In this document: in pieces, positions 17,652 through 25,885 of the stretch
Numbering within the stretch: position 1 is the first letter of the stretch
Layout of the letters: each line of letters begins with the position of its first letter
Source: Deinococcales bacterium
GTDB taxonomy: Bacteria > Deinococcota > Deinococci > Deinococcales > JAAFIG01
Length of the DNA: 31,832 bases
Reading direction: 5' to 3'
NCBI GenBank assembly: GCA_031414595.1
Contig: JANNVX010000006.1
Location: forward strand, 1-31,832
Program-made: the position numbers and the translations under genes
Notes under the pieces: model-generated
Seen by the model: the letters and a program-made list of their open reading frames with translations, nothing else
What the model was told of the DNA's origin: nothing
Databases searched by the model: none

Positions 17652-18771
17652 TCTCCTTGTTATTGCCCCGCCCGAAAGTCGTCGCGTTCGCGCTTTGCAA
17701 AACAGTTTACTCGAGGCTGGACTACCTCCTGCTCGAGTGTTGTCTTGGCTCGAGGTGCTAAATGGCGAACCACTCGAGAAACACATTTTTCCAAACACCA
17801 TCATCAAACTCGATTCGCCTTCTGAGGATTGGGAAACAGACAAAGCCCTGCTTGCCCTTGGCGAACTTCAACCCGACCCAGACCGTGAGTACGCTCGAGT
17901 CAATCCTGAGAATCTCGAGTATGACCTTGGGGCAATTCTGTCCTCGAGACAATGGTATTTGGGGTTTTGCACCGCCCTCGAGAATGTAAGCACCCAACTG
18001 ACGCAGCTTGGGAGACATGCCATGAATCATCCAACGGATATTGCTTTAATGTTTGATAAACGTTCTACTCACGCTAAACTCGAGAAGGCTGGAATTCTTG
18101 TACCGCCAGCTTTACCGCCAGTTCAGAATTTCGATGAGTTGTTTGAACAGATGCAGCGCTTAAATTGGAATCGGGTTTTTATCAAACTCGCGCATGGTTC
18201 TGGGGCGGCTGGGGTAATTGCCCTCGAGAACCACAAAGGAAATTGGCAAGCCACCAGCACGGTAGAAATGGCAAGTGGTGGGCGGTTGTACAACACCAAG
18301 CGCCTTTGGAAGTACCGTAACTTGGAACAAATCAAGGCGCTGGTCAATGTCATTTGCTCACAGCGTGTGCATGTCGAGAAATGGCTGTCCAAAGCCAGTT
18401 TTGAAGATAAAATTTTTGATTTACGGGTCGTGGTGATTGCTGGAATTGCCAAGCATGTGCTGGTGCGCTCCTCGAGTGGCACAGTCACCAATTTGCACCT
18501 TGGCAATGAGCGCGGTAATTGGGACGGGGTACGTGAAAAACTTGGCGAAACTTGGCTCGAGATTAAAAGCACTTGCGAGCAGTGCATGGGTTTATTCCCC
18601 AATAGTCTTTATGCTGGGGTGGATGCGCTGGTGCAAACCGATTGGCAACACCACGCCATTCTCGAGATGAATGCTTTTGGCGATTACCACCGCAATGTTT
18701 TTGTGGATGATTTAGACACCTATCAAACCCAATTTGAGGCTTGTAATAGAATAGGGGTATCCGATGCTTAA
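17644..18771 (+). CDS. STM4014-family ATP-grasp protein
   Basis: Probable GTG start at 17644 overlapping the upstream stop; MFDKR, FIKLAHGSGAAGV, FDLRVVVIAG, TNLHLGN, AGVDAL, LEMNAFGD. Confidence 0.8.
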   Translation: MNDLLVIAPPESRRVRALQNSLLEAGLPPARVLSWLEVLNGEPLEKHIFPNTIIKLDSPSEDWETDKALLALGELQPDPDREYARVNPENLEYDLGAILSSRQWYLGFCTALENVSTQLTQLGRHAMNHPTDIALMFDKRSTHAKLEKAGILVPPALPPVQNFDELFEQMQRLNWNRVFIKLAHGSGAAGVIALENHKGNWQATSTVEMASGGRLYNTKRLWKYRNLEQIKALVNVICSQRVHVEKWLSKASFEDKIFDLRVVVIAGIAKHVLVRSSSGTVTNLHLGNERGNWDGVREKLGETWLEIKSTCEQCMGLFPNSLYAGVDALVQTDWQHHAILEMNAFGDYHRNVFVDDLDTYQTQFEACNRIGVSDA

Positions 18772-19570
18772 CGCCAATCATTACATTCCCCATAAGGACA
18801 TACTTTTTATCACCTTAGACAGCCTTCGTTACGATGTGGCAGTCCAAACCCTCCAAGCTGGGCGCACCCCTAATTTGGCTCGAGTCTTGCCAAACAGTGC
18901 GTGGGAACTGCGCCACACCCCAGCGACCTTTACCTTTGCAGCGCACCAAGCATTTTTTGCCGGCTTTTTGCCGACTCCTGCCACAACTGGGCGGCACTCG
19001 AGGTTGTTTGCGGCAAAATTTGAGGGTTCTAAAACCACGTCCGAGACGACTTTTGTCTACTCAGAAAGCACTTGGCTCGAGGCGCTTAAAAACCTTGGGT
19101 ATCATACGTTTTGTATCGGTGGAGTGGGTTTTTTTCGTGGTACGGGCGGTTTGAGTTCGGTTTTACCAGATTATTTTGAGCATTCGTTTTTCTCGCACAG
19201 CATGGGTGTGACCAGTCCACGCAGCACAGAAAAACAAGTAACTCGAGCCGTCAATCTGCTGCATCAAATTCCAGATTCTGAGCGGGTCTTGTTGTTCGTT
19301 AATGTTTCGGCAACCCACACGCCCACGCGGATATTTCTGCCAAGCGCGCCCCAAGACTCGCTCGAGACCCAAGCCGCTGCCTTAGCTTATGCCGATTTGC
19401 ACCTTGGTAAACTCTTTGAAGTCTTTGAATCAAGGGGCGGGTCATTGTGCATTATTTGTGCTGACCACGGTGAGGCATTTGGCGAAGATGGTTTTTATGG
19501 GCATCGTTTAGCCCACGAAACCGTTTGGAATGTCCCCTATGTCGAATTTTTTCTCGAGGGAATAACATGA
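18764..19570 (+). CDS. STM4013/SEN3800-family hydrolase (alkaline phosphatase/sulfatase fold)
   Basis: LFITLDSLRYD, TFTFAAH, NVSATH, ADHGEAFGEDGFYGH. Confidence 0.82.
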   Translation: MLNANHYIPHKDILFITLDSLRYDVAVQTLQAGRTPNLARVLPNSAWELRHTPATFTFAAHQAFFAGFLPTPATTGRHSRLFAAKFEGSKTTSETTFVYSESTWLEALKNLGYHTFCIGGVGFFRGTGGLSSVLPDYFEHSFFSHSMGVTSPRSTEKQVTRAVNLLHQIPDSERVLLFVNVSATHTPTRIFLPSAPQDSLETQAAALAYADLHLGKLFEVFESRGGSLCIICADHGEAFGEDGFYGHRLAHETVWNVPYVEFFLEGIT

Positions 19571-20874
19571 ATCTCGAGGCGGTTCTAACGGGTAGCCCGT
19601 ATATTTCTTACACCTACGCCTATCCGCATAAAACTGCCTACCGTGCCATAAAACCCGTGCCACTCGAGCAAGTTTGGCTAAACGAACCTCGAGCCGCATT
19701 TTTATACATTCATGTGCCGTTCTGCGAGATGCGTTGTGGTTTTTGTAATTTGTTTACAACTGTCAATCCAGATGCCAGTCTCGAGGCTGGGTTTTTAAGT
19801 GCCTTAGAACGTCAAGCTAAAGTGGTGCGTGATGCTTTAGCAAATAAAACCGTCACTCGAGCCGCGCTAGGTGGTGGTACACCGACTTTTCTTGTGCCGT
19901 CTGAACTCGAGCGGGTGCTTAAAATTCTCGAGATGTTTAACGTCAGCAACCAAACGCCGCTCAGCGTCGAGACTTCACCGCAAACCGCAACTTTGGATCG
20001 GCTCGAGTTGCTGTCAAATTTTGGGATTGACCGAATCAGTATTGGTGTGCAGAGCTTTGTGGAGTCCGAAGCTCGAGCAGTTGGGCGCTCACAGCGTTCA
20101 AGCGAGGTTCTTGAGGCGTTGGAGCGCATTAAAGCCCAAGATTTTCCAACCCTGAACTTAGATTTAATCTATGGTTTACCGAATCAAACCCGTGAATCGT
20201 GGCTCGAGTCGCTAAAAACAGCTTTGCAATTTGCACCACAAGAACTTTTTTTGTACCCGTTGTATGTGCGCCCTTTGACTGGTTTGGGCAAACTCGAGCA
20301 GAGTTGGGATGATACACGCCTCGAGTTGTACCGTGTGGCTCGGGATTTTTTACTTCAATCTGGGTATGAACAGCATTCGATGCGGGTTTTTAGACGATTG
20401 GATGCGCCATCTCGGGAGGCTGGCATTGCTTTTGATGCCCAAGCCGACGGCTTAATTGGTCTTGGTGTAGGGGCGCGTTCGTACACCCAAAATCTGCATT
20501 ACTCGAGCGAATACGCGGTTGGGCAGGTTGGGGTCAAGGAAATTATTGCTGATTATGCGTTGCGTTCTGAATCCGATTTTGCTTTTGCCTCGCATGGTTT
20601 TTATTTGGATGGTTTAGAACAGCGTCGCAGATTTATCCTGCAAGATATTTTTAATGTTGTGGGTTTCTCGAGAAGTGCATATCAGCAGCATTTTTCTTCG
20701 GATGCGTTAGCTGATTTCCCGATTTTTACGGGTTTACAGGGGCTTGGTTTGATTGCCATTTCCCCAGACCAAATTCATTTGACCAAAATAGGACTTGAAC
20801 GTAGCGATGCGATTGGGCATTTGTTCTACTCGAGCCAAGTTCAGCAAGTAGCCGAGGATTACCAGTGGCGCTGA
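19567..20874 (+). CDS. STM4012-family HemN-like radical SAM protein
   Basis: Start ATG 19567 (ATGA overlap); YTYAYPHKTAY, LYIHVPFCEMRCGFC, GGGTPT, RISIGVQSF, NLDLIYGLPNQT. Confidence 0.87.
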   Translation: MNLEAVLTGSPYISYTYAYPHKTAYRAIKPVPLEQVWLNEPRAAFLYIHVPFCEMRCGFCNLFTTVNPDASLEAGFLSALERQAKVVRDALANKTVTRAALGGGTPTFLVPSELERVLKILEMFNVSNQTPLSVETSPQTATLDRLELLSNFGIDRISIGVQSFVESEARAVGRSQRSSEVLEALERIKAQDFPTLNLDLIYGLPNQTRESWLESLKTALQFAPQELFLYPLYVRPLTGLGKLEQSWDDTRLELYRVARDFLLQSGYEQHSMRVFRRLDAPSREAGIAFDAQADGLIGLGVGARSYTQNLHYSSEYAVGQVGVKEIIADYALRSESDFAFASHGFYLDGLEQRRRFILQDIFNVVGFSRSAYQQHFSSDALADFPIFTGLQGLGLIAISPDQIHLTKIGLERSDAIGHLFYSSQVQQVAEDYQWR

Positions 20875-21734
20875 GTGTTTTGTACCGTGGATTTTTAAGC
20901 AGTTGCAATTATGCCTGTGCTTATTGCCCGTTTGCCAAGCACACCGAATCTAGGTTTGAACATTTGCGCGATGCTGCCGCCCTCGAGAAATTTGCAACTT
21001 GGGTAGAAACTCGGGGCAAACCGACCAGTGTATTTTTTACGCCTTGGGGTGAGGCGTTAATCCGTACTCGGTATCAAAAAGCAGTACAGCATTTATCAAA
21101 TTTAGCGCATCTCGAGAAAGTGGTGGTACAAACCAATGGCTCGTGGGGTTTGCGCTGGCTAGAACAGGTTAATCTCGAGAAATTGGCGCTGTGGATAACC
21201 TTTCATCCATCGGAAACCAGCTTAGAAAAATTTGCGACTCGAGCCAAAGAACTTATTCGCCTTGGGGTACGTTTTAGTGTTGGGGCGGTGGGTATCCGCG
21301 AAAATCTTGTATTGCTCGAGCGTTTACGAGAAGCTATCCCACCCGAAATTTACTTCTGGATAAACGCTTTTGACCGCCGAGGACACGATTACTACAATTC
21401 AGACACACTCGAGCGCTTAACCAAAATAGACCCATACTTTGCCCTCAATCTCGAGCGCTACAAATCTCGAGGACAAGCCTGTAGTGCGGGTCATACGGTG
21501 ATTAGTGTGGATGGTTTTGGCATGGCGCGGCGTTGCCATTTTATTGAAACGCCAATTGGCAGTATTTACACGCCAGACTTTGAAGAAAAACTTTTGCCTA
21601 AAGCCTGTTCTCGCAGTTTTTGCGATTGTCATATTGGCTATGTGCATCTCGAGAAATTGGGCTTACAAGAGGTATTCGCAGGTGGCATTCTCGAGCGAAT
21701 ACCTAGCCAATGGAATAAAAACATCCTCACCTGA
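20865..21734 (+). CDS. STM4011-family radical SAM protein with C-terminal Cys cluster
   Basis: LYRGFLSSCNYACAYCPFAK, FFTPWGEAL, QTNGS; CSAG..RCHF..CSRSFCDCHIG (SPASM/twitch-like). Confidence 0.85.
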   Translation: MALSVLYRGFLSSCNYACAYCPFAKHTESRFEHLRDAAALEKFATWVETRGKPTSVFFTPWGEALIRTRYQKAVQHLSNLAHLEKVVVQTNGSWGLRWLEQVNLEKLALWITFHPSETSLEKFATRAKELIRLGVRFSVGAVGIRENLVLLERLREAIPPEIYFWINAFDRRGHDYYNSDTLERLTKIDPYFALNLERYKSRGQACSAGHTVISVDGFGMARRCHFIETPIGSIYTPDFEEKLLPKACSRSFCDCHIGYVHLEKLGLQEVFAGGILERIPSQWNKNILT

Positions 21735-21767
21735 AAAGCTCAAGGCGAGGATGTTCGATTTAGGAAT

Positions 21768-22934
21768 TTATTGTTTGCCGACTTCGAGGCTAATGCCAAT
21801 GGTGGTGCGGGGTTTGAATCCCTCGAGTTTTTCGCTCAGGTACTTATCGCCAGACTTATCCATCATTAAGTTCTGTCCCAAAAAGGCAGTCGCAAAGTGC
21901 TTGGTGATGTCATTCAGGCGTTCCCTGTCCCAGACTGGTTCAAACCAGCGTTCGTAATCCGACCAGTTGCCACGGGCAGCTTCGGGTGGGTTGTTTGTCC
22001 ATGGGTTGTGTGATGCGCCGTCCAAGGTTAGTAAGTATTTACTGCTCGAGCCAGAAGTCTTAAAGGCAGTTTGGGCATCGCGTTTATAGGTGGCAATGTC
22101 GTCCTGAGCGCCACAAGCCACAAACAATGGGGTTTTCATGGCTTTGAGTTGAGTGGCACTGAGCCAAGGAATCCCATATGGTGCCATTGCAAACACAGCT
22201 TTGATGCGTGGGTCGGCTTTGACCACACTCGAGCCGCGCACTTGGGTAATCCCATCAAAAAATGGCAGGGCAAAACAAGGACCTTCGTTATTGGAGGCTT
22301 TGCAGTACGCCTCCAAATTGGCTTTGTCCAAGCCGATGCCTGCGGCGTTCAGAACCGAATAACCGCCGTAGCTGTAGCCCATCAATCCAACATTGTTGCC
22401 GTCGGCATTGCTCATGCTCTTGGCAATTTCGCCAATGCTAAAGAGAATATCCAGCGGTCTATCCACCAAACTCGAGATATAAGCCGCTTGGGTGATGTCG
22501 TCGTAGGTGCTTCCAGTGTGGTCAATCGCTGCCACAACATAACCTCTGGATGCCAAATGTTCGGTCAGGTAGGACATCATAAATCTCGAGCCAGCTTGTC
22601 CGTGCGATAAAATCACCATTGGGAATTTGCCAGTTTCGAGTGTGGCATCTCGAGCCGCCCGTCCGGGCAGGTCAAATTTGGTTGTGCCAATCGTGGCTTT
22701 GTAAATCGTGCGTTCTGCTTGGGTAGCTCTGAGCTTAGCGGGATACCAAACCTCTAGTGTTAATGGGCGCTTACGGGTCGCATCGGTCAAATTTAGGGTT
22801 TTAACCCCAACTTGGTGTGTTCCCCTTGCCGCGAGTGGTGGCGCATCTGGGCGCGAGATGGTTTGCCCCAAAGCAGTTATCGAGGCGGTTGCGAGGGCTA
22901 AGCCCGTGCCAATCATCAATAGAATTTTTTGCAT
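21768..22934 (-). CDS. Secreted alpha/beta hydrolase (dienelactone hydrolase/PAF-acetylhydrolase-like)
   Basis: Signal peptide; EVWYPA, LSHGQAG, HLASRGYVVAAIDH, nucleophile GYSYGG, D (GAQDD) and H (ASHNP). Confidence 0.88.
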   Translation of the reverse strand: MQKILLMIGTGLALATASITALGQTISRPDAPPLAARGTHQVGVKTLNLTDATRKRPLTLEVWYPAKLRATQAERTIYKATIGTTKFDLPGRAARDATLETGKFPMVILSHGQAGSRFMMSYLTEHLASRGYVVAAIDHTGSTYDDITQAAYISSLVDRPLDILFSIGEIAKSMSNADGNNVGLMGYSYGGYSVLNAAGIGLDKANLEAYCKASNNEGPCFALPFFDGITQVRGSSVVKADPRIKAVFAMAPYGIPWLSATQLKAMKTPLFVACGAQDDIATYKRDAQTAFKTSGSSSKYLLTLDGASHNPWTNNPPEAARGNWSDYERWFEPVWDRERLNDITKHFATAFLGQNLMMDKSGDKYLSEKLEGFKPRTTIGISLEVGKQ

Positions 22935-23005
22935 GAAGGCAAGTCTACGGCTTTTCTAAGGTCTGCAAACGTTTCCAGAAATACAAACCCGAGTTCATTT
23001 AGAAA

Positions 23006-24004
23006 CTATGCCTCTAATCTCGGCGCATAATCGTTAGGATTGTCAAAGCCAGCCAGCCATGCTGCCGCTTGATGACAAGTTTTAGTTTTGGGCGGGACGC
23101 GCAGCACATAATTGCGATTTGTACTTGGGCAAATTACCCATACCGCTACAAAATCTTCATCTTTTTTGAAGGGTACGCGCAATAACTTGCGCGTACCACC
23201 CGCGTCTTGGTCAGTATCCAGCACCTGGGCTTTGACGTTTTTTAGAAATGTTTCATAGCCCATCCGTTCAAGTTTGACTCGGCGCAACTCGAGGTTTTCG
23301 GTCTCGATGATTTCTTCCGCCGTGATACTTTCGGGTTCAAAAGCAATCCGAGCTTCGATGCTTACACCACGCCAACGCAATTTGGTCTTGGGATTCTCGA
23401 GCTTGGTAATCGCTGTATCCGCCACATCAAGCCAAGAGCTAATCTGTAAGCCTTTAGGCAGCGAATCAATTTGTTCGCAACCCGCCAAGTCAAGTTGTGC
23501 CAGTTGCCCGAGCCAATTTGGTAATTTTTTAAGCCGAGTACAACCACGCAGCACCAAATGCCCAATGCCAATACTGCCATACTCTGGAAATGCCTCGAGT
23601 TGCACACAACCCGTTAAGTCTAAAAAACTGGTGTCTATGCCGTTTGGTAAGGCTTGTAAACCAATGCACTCACGCAGCAGCAGCGAACCAACCCGCAGGT
23701 TTTCTGGTAAAAACTCGAGCGCTTCACAACCCGATAAATCCATTCTAAAGCGCACCGCAATATCGGCTGGAAGACTGGTAATACTTAAATTTTGGGCATG
23801 GAGTTGATTGCAGACTAAACCCTTTGGTAACTCGAGCAACCCACTACCCGAGACATCAAGGCTGCTACAGGTGAGGTTATTTGGTAAACAACGCAAATTC
23901 TTATTGTTGGCAAAACTAAGATTCCCTGAAACCACCAGATTTTCCGGTGCGTTTCCCTCGAGAATAAGCTGTATAGCGGTTTGGACTGGTGTCGTGGTTT
24001 TCAT
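23006..24004 (-). CDS. LRR-repeat protein with C-terminal DUF6745-like domain
   Basis: GAGGA RBS, ATG 24004; about 20-aa LdLsGc..L..LP repeats; C-terminal WRGV, ENLELRRV..ERMGYE, CPSTNRNYVLRVPP...CHQAAAWLAG. Confidence 0.78.
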   Translation of the reverse strand: MKTTTPVQTAIQLILEGNAPENLVVSGNLSFANNKNLRCLPNNLTCSSLDVSGSGLLELPKGLVCNQLHAQNLSITSLPADIAVRFRMDLSGCEALEFLPENLRVGSLLLRECIGLQALPNGIDTSFLDLTGCVQLEAFPEYGSIGIGHLVLRGCTRLKKLPNWLGQLAQLDLAGCEQIDSLPKGLQISSWLDVADTAITKLENPKTKLRWRGVSIEARIAFEPESITAEEIIETENLELRRVKLERMGYETFLKNVKAQVLDTDQDAGGTRKLLRVPFKKDEDFVAVWVICPSTNRNYVLRVPPKTKTCHQAAAWLAGFDNPNDYAPRLEA

Positions 24005-24020
24005 GGTTTTCCTCGTGATG

Positions 24021-24075
24021 AGCGAAAAAAGCGAAAGGCAAAAGGCAAAGGTTAAAAACCAATCTTGCCTTCTTA
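24021..24075. repeat. Degenerate heptamer repeats (AGCGAAA/AGGCAAA) in intergenic spacer
   Basis: AGCGAAAAAAGCGAAAGGCAAAAGGCAAAGG followed by TTGCCTT; same unit as at 5494. Confidence 0.6.
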
Positions 24076-24077
24076 GC

Positions 24078-24407
24078 TTAATCCCTGACAGTAACAATGG
24101 CTTTAGGGTGATATTCGCGCTGCATCCAGTAGCGGTAAGTGGCAACCTCGAGTGGGATGGCTCGGTGTTCTTCGTGGATAATCGCAGTGGGTTGTTTTAT
24201 TTGCACAAAGGTTTGCCCGTTGTACGTAAATAACTGGGCAGCTTGGGCATTTTCGATGCGGTGGCTGTGACCTGTCAGTTCGCCGCGAGCAAGAATTGCG
24301 CCTTGGGTGGGGGTGGCGTTGTCTGGCAAGCTCGGTACTTGCTCAAGCATCACGTCGCCGTGGCGGTATTGAATGGGTTTTTGGGTTAATAAGTTAGAGA
24401 ATTTCAT
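24078..24407 (-). CDS. Small His-motif conserved hypothetical protein
   Basis: YRHGDV, LARGELTGHSHRI, HEEHRAIPL, QREY; GAAAGGAAG RBS upstream. Confidence 0.8.
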   Translation of the reverse strand: MKFSNLLTQKPIQYRHGDVMLEQVPSLPDNATPTQGAILARGELTGHSHRIENAQAAQLFTYNGQTFVQIKQPTAIIHEEHRAIPLEVATYRYWMQREYHPKAIVTVRD

Positions 24408-24449
24408 CTAGGGTCTTCCTTTCTCGAGGTTAATTTTAATTACTTCATT

Positions 24450-24478
24450 ATGATACCAGCTAATTTTTGTCTTGTCAA
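24450..24478 (-). promoter_or_regulatory. Sigma70-type promoter for the His-motif/DUF6745 operon
   Basis: Minus strand TTGACA (24478-24473), 17-nt spacer, extended -10 TGG-TATCAT (24458-24450). Confidence 0.7.
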
Positions 24479-24480
24479 AT

Positions 24481-24513
24481 AAAAATCCCCCCGAGTTGTT
24501 CTCGAGGGGATTT
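24481..24513 (-). terminator. Intrinsic terminator of the SLH gene
   Basis: AAATCCCCCCGAG-TTGTT-CTCGAGGGGATTT imperfect stem with an A-run on the left. Confidence 0.75.
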
Positions 24514-24550
24514 GAGCTAGTTGCTAAAAACTAGCCGCTAATAGCTAATT

Positions 24551-25741
24551 TTAAAGTCCTAAACGAAGTCCAAGCGCAGTCTTCACACCAAAGCTCGAGG
24601 AGGTAAAGTTAAAGCGTGGATTGGCTTCTAAGAACAAACCAAAGTTCTGAGCAATGTCAAAACCAAAGCCAAGCACGCCACCAGCATAAACGCCGCCGCC
24701 ACCAAAGACCAAGCCGCCGCCAACGCCAGCATATAAGCCGCCACCGAGGTTAAAGAGCAAGTTTGCACCTGCGCTTGGGATTTCTGAAAGGTCGGCGCTC
24801 AAACGGATGCTAAAGTCATTGCTTAAATTCAGTCCAACGGCAGCAAAAGCACCAAGTCCAAGCGGGAAGTTAAAAGGACTACTAGGAATTAAGTTGGTCG
24901 AAATTCCACCACTGACATACAAAGCTGGAACACTTGGAGCAGCCGTGGTTGGGGTGGTTGGGTCAGTCGTCGGGGTGGTCGGCGTGGTCGGCGTGGTAAC
25001 AGTTGGTGTCGTTGCCGTTGGTAAGTCAGCCACGGTTTTTTGCAAGGTTGCCACGGTGCTGTTCAAAGTGCGAACTTGACCCTCTAAAGCGGTCACTCGA
25101 GCATTTTGTGCCTCGAGTTGGGTGGTCAGTTCTGCCGTGTTAGCGTTGCTGGCTTCAAGGGTGGTCAAACGCGCATCGAGTTCTGGATTGGTTGGTTTTT
25201 CGCTGTCCTGCATGACTTTAAGGGTGGTTTCTAAGGCAGCCAAACGATCTGCGGCGGCAGTATCGGCAGTGCTTAATCCAGCCAATTTTTCTTCAAGTGC
25301 AGCAATTTTTGCGTTCAGTTCGGTGTTATTGGTGACAACTGGGGTAGCGACTGGGGTGCTGACAGTTGCTCTTAAGGCAGCAATATCAGTTTGCAGGGCA
25401 GCGATGGTTGCGGCATTGCTGGCATTGGCAGAACGCAAGGCGGAAATATCCGAACTGACTTGCGAAGTGCTTTGGGCATTGCTCTCTAAGGCGGCAAAGC
25501 GCTTGCTCGAGATTAAACGATCAAGCATACTGGTGGCTTCGTAACGATTGACGGTGTTGTTGCCACGAAATGTGCCGTCTGGGTAGCCATTGACGATACC
25601 TTCTGCCACCATGCGGTTGACTGCGCCTTCTGCCCAGTGCTTGGCTGGAATATCACTAAATTTGGCTTGTAATGCCATACCAACGCCAAAAGCGGCGGTG
25701 AGGGTCAGGGCTACGGTCAGGGCTTTTGTTTTGTTATTCAT
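24551..25741 (-). CDS. SLH-domain envelope protein (signal peptide, SLH, coiled coil, Thr/Pro linker, small beta-barrel)
   Basis: ATG 25741 with GGAGA RBS; FSDIPAKHWA...GIVNGYPDGTFRGNNTVNRYE; heptad repeats; TTPTTP linker; amphipathic Gly/aromatic strands ending LGLRLGL. Confidence 0.88.
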   Translation of the reverse strand: MNNKTKALTVALTLTAAFGVGMALQAKFSDIPAKHWAEGAVNRMVAEGIVNGYPDGTFRGNNTVNRYEATSMLDRLISSKRFAALESNAQSTSQVSSDISALRSANASNAATIAALQTDIAALRATVSTPVATPVVTNNTELNAKIAALEEKLAGLSTADTAAADRLAALETTLKVMQDSEKPTNPELDARLTTLEASNANTAELTTQLEAQNARVTALEGQVRTLNSTVATLQKTVADLPTATTPTVTTPTTPTTPTTDPTTPTTAAPSVPALYVSGGISTNLIPSSPFNFPLGLGAFAAVGLNLSNDFSIRLSADLSEIPSAGANLLFNLGGGLYAGVGGGLVFGGGGVYAGGVLGFGFDIAQNFGLFLEANPRFNFTSSSFGVKTALGLRLGL

Positions 25742-25819
25742 CTTCTCTCCTTGGTGCTTTTTACTTACTGGTCGTAATTGTACCAGCAACTGTTCTTACT
25801 TTACCCTACTTCTTAGATG

Positions 25820-25848
25820 AAAAACCCCATCCTTTGGTGAGGATGGGG
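25820..25848 (-). terminator. Intrinsic terminator of lon
   Basis: CCCCATCCT-TTGGTG-AGGATGGGG with an A5 run on the left (U-tail on minus strand). Confidence 0.8.
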
Positions 25849-25885
25849 ATAGTGCCATGAAAATTGTCACATCTGACTGGATAAC

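Noticed and set aside
24945-25020. Tandem GGTCGGCGT-like repeats as a CRISPR or VNTR
   Set aside because: They encode the Thr-Thr-Pro linker of the SLH protein; no repeat-spacer array exists in the window.
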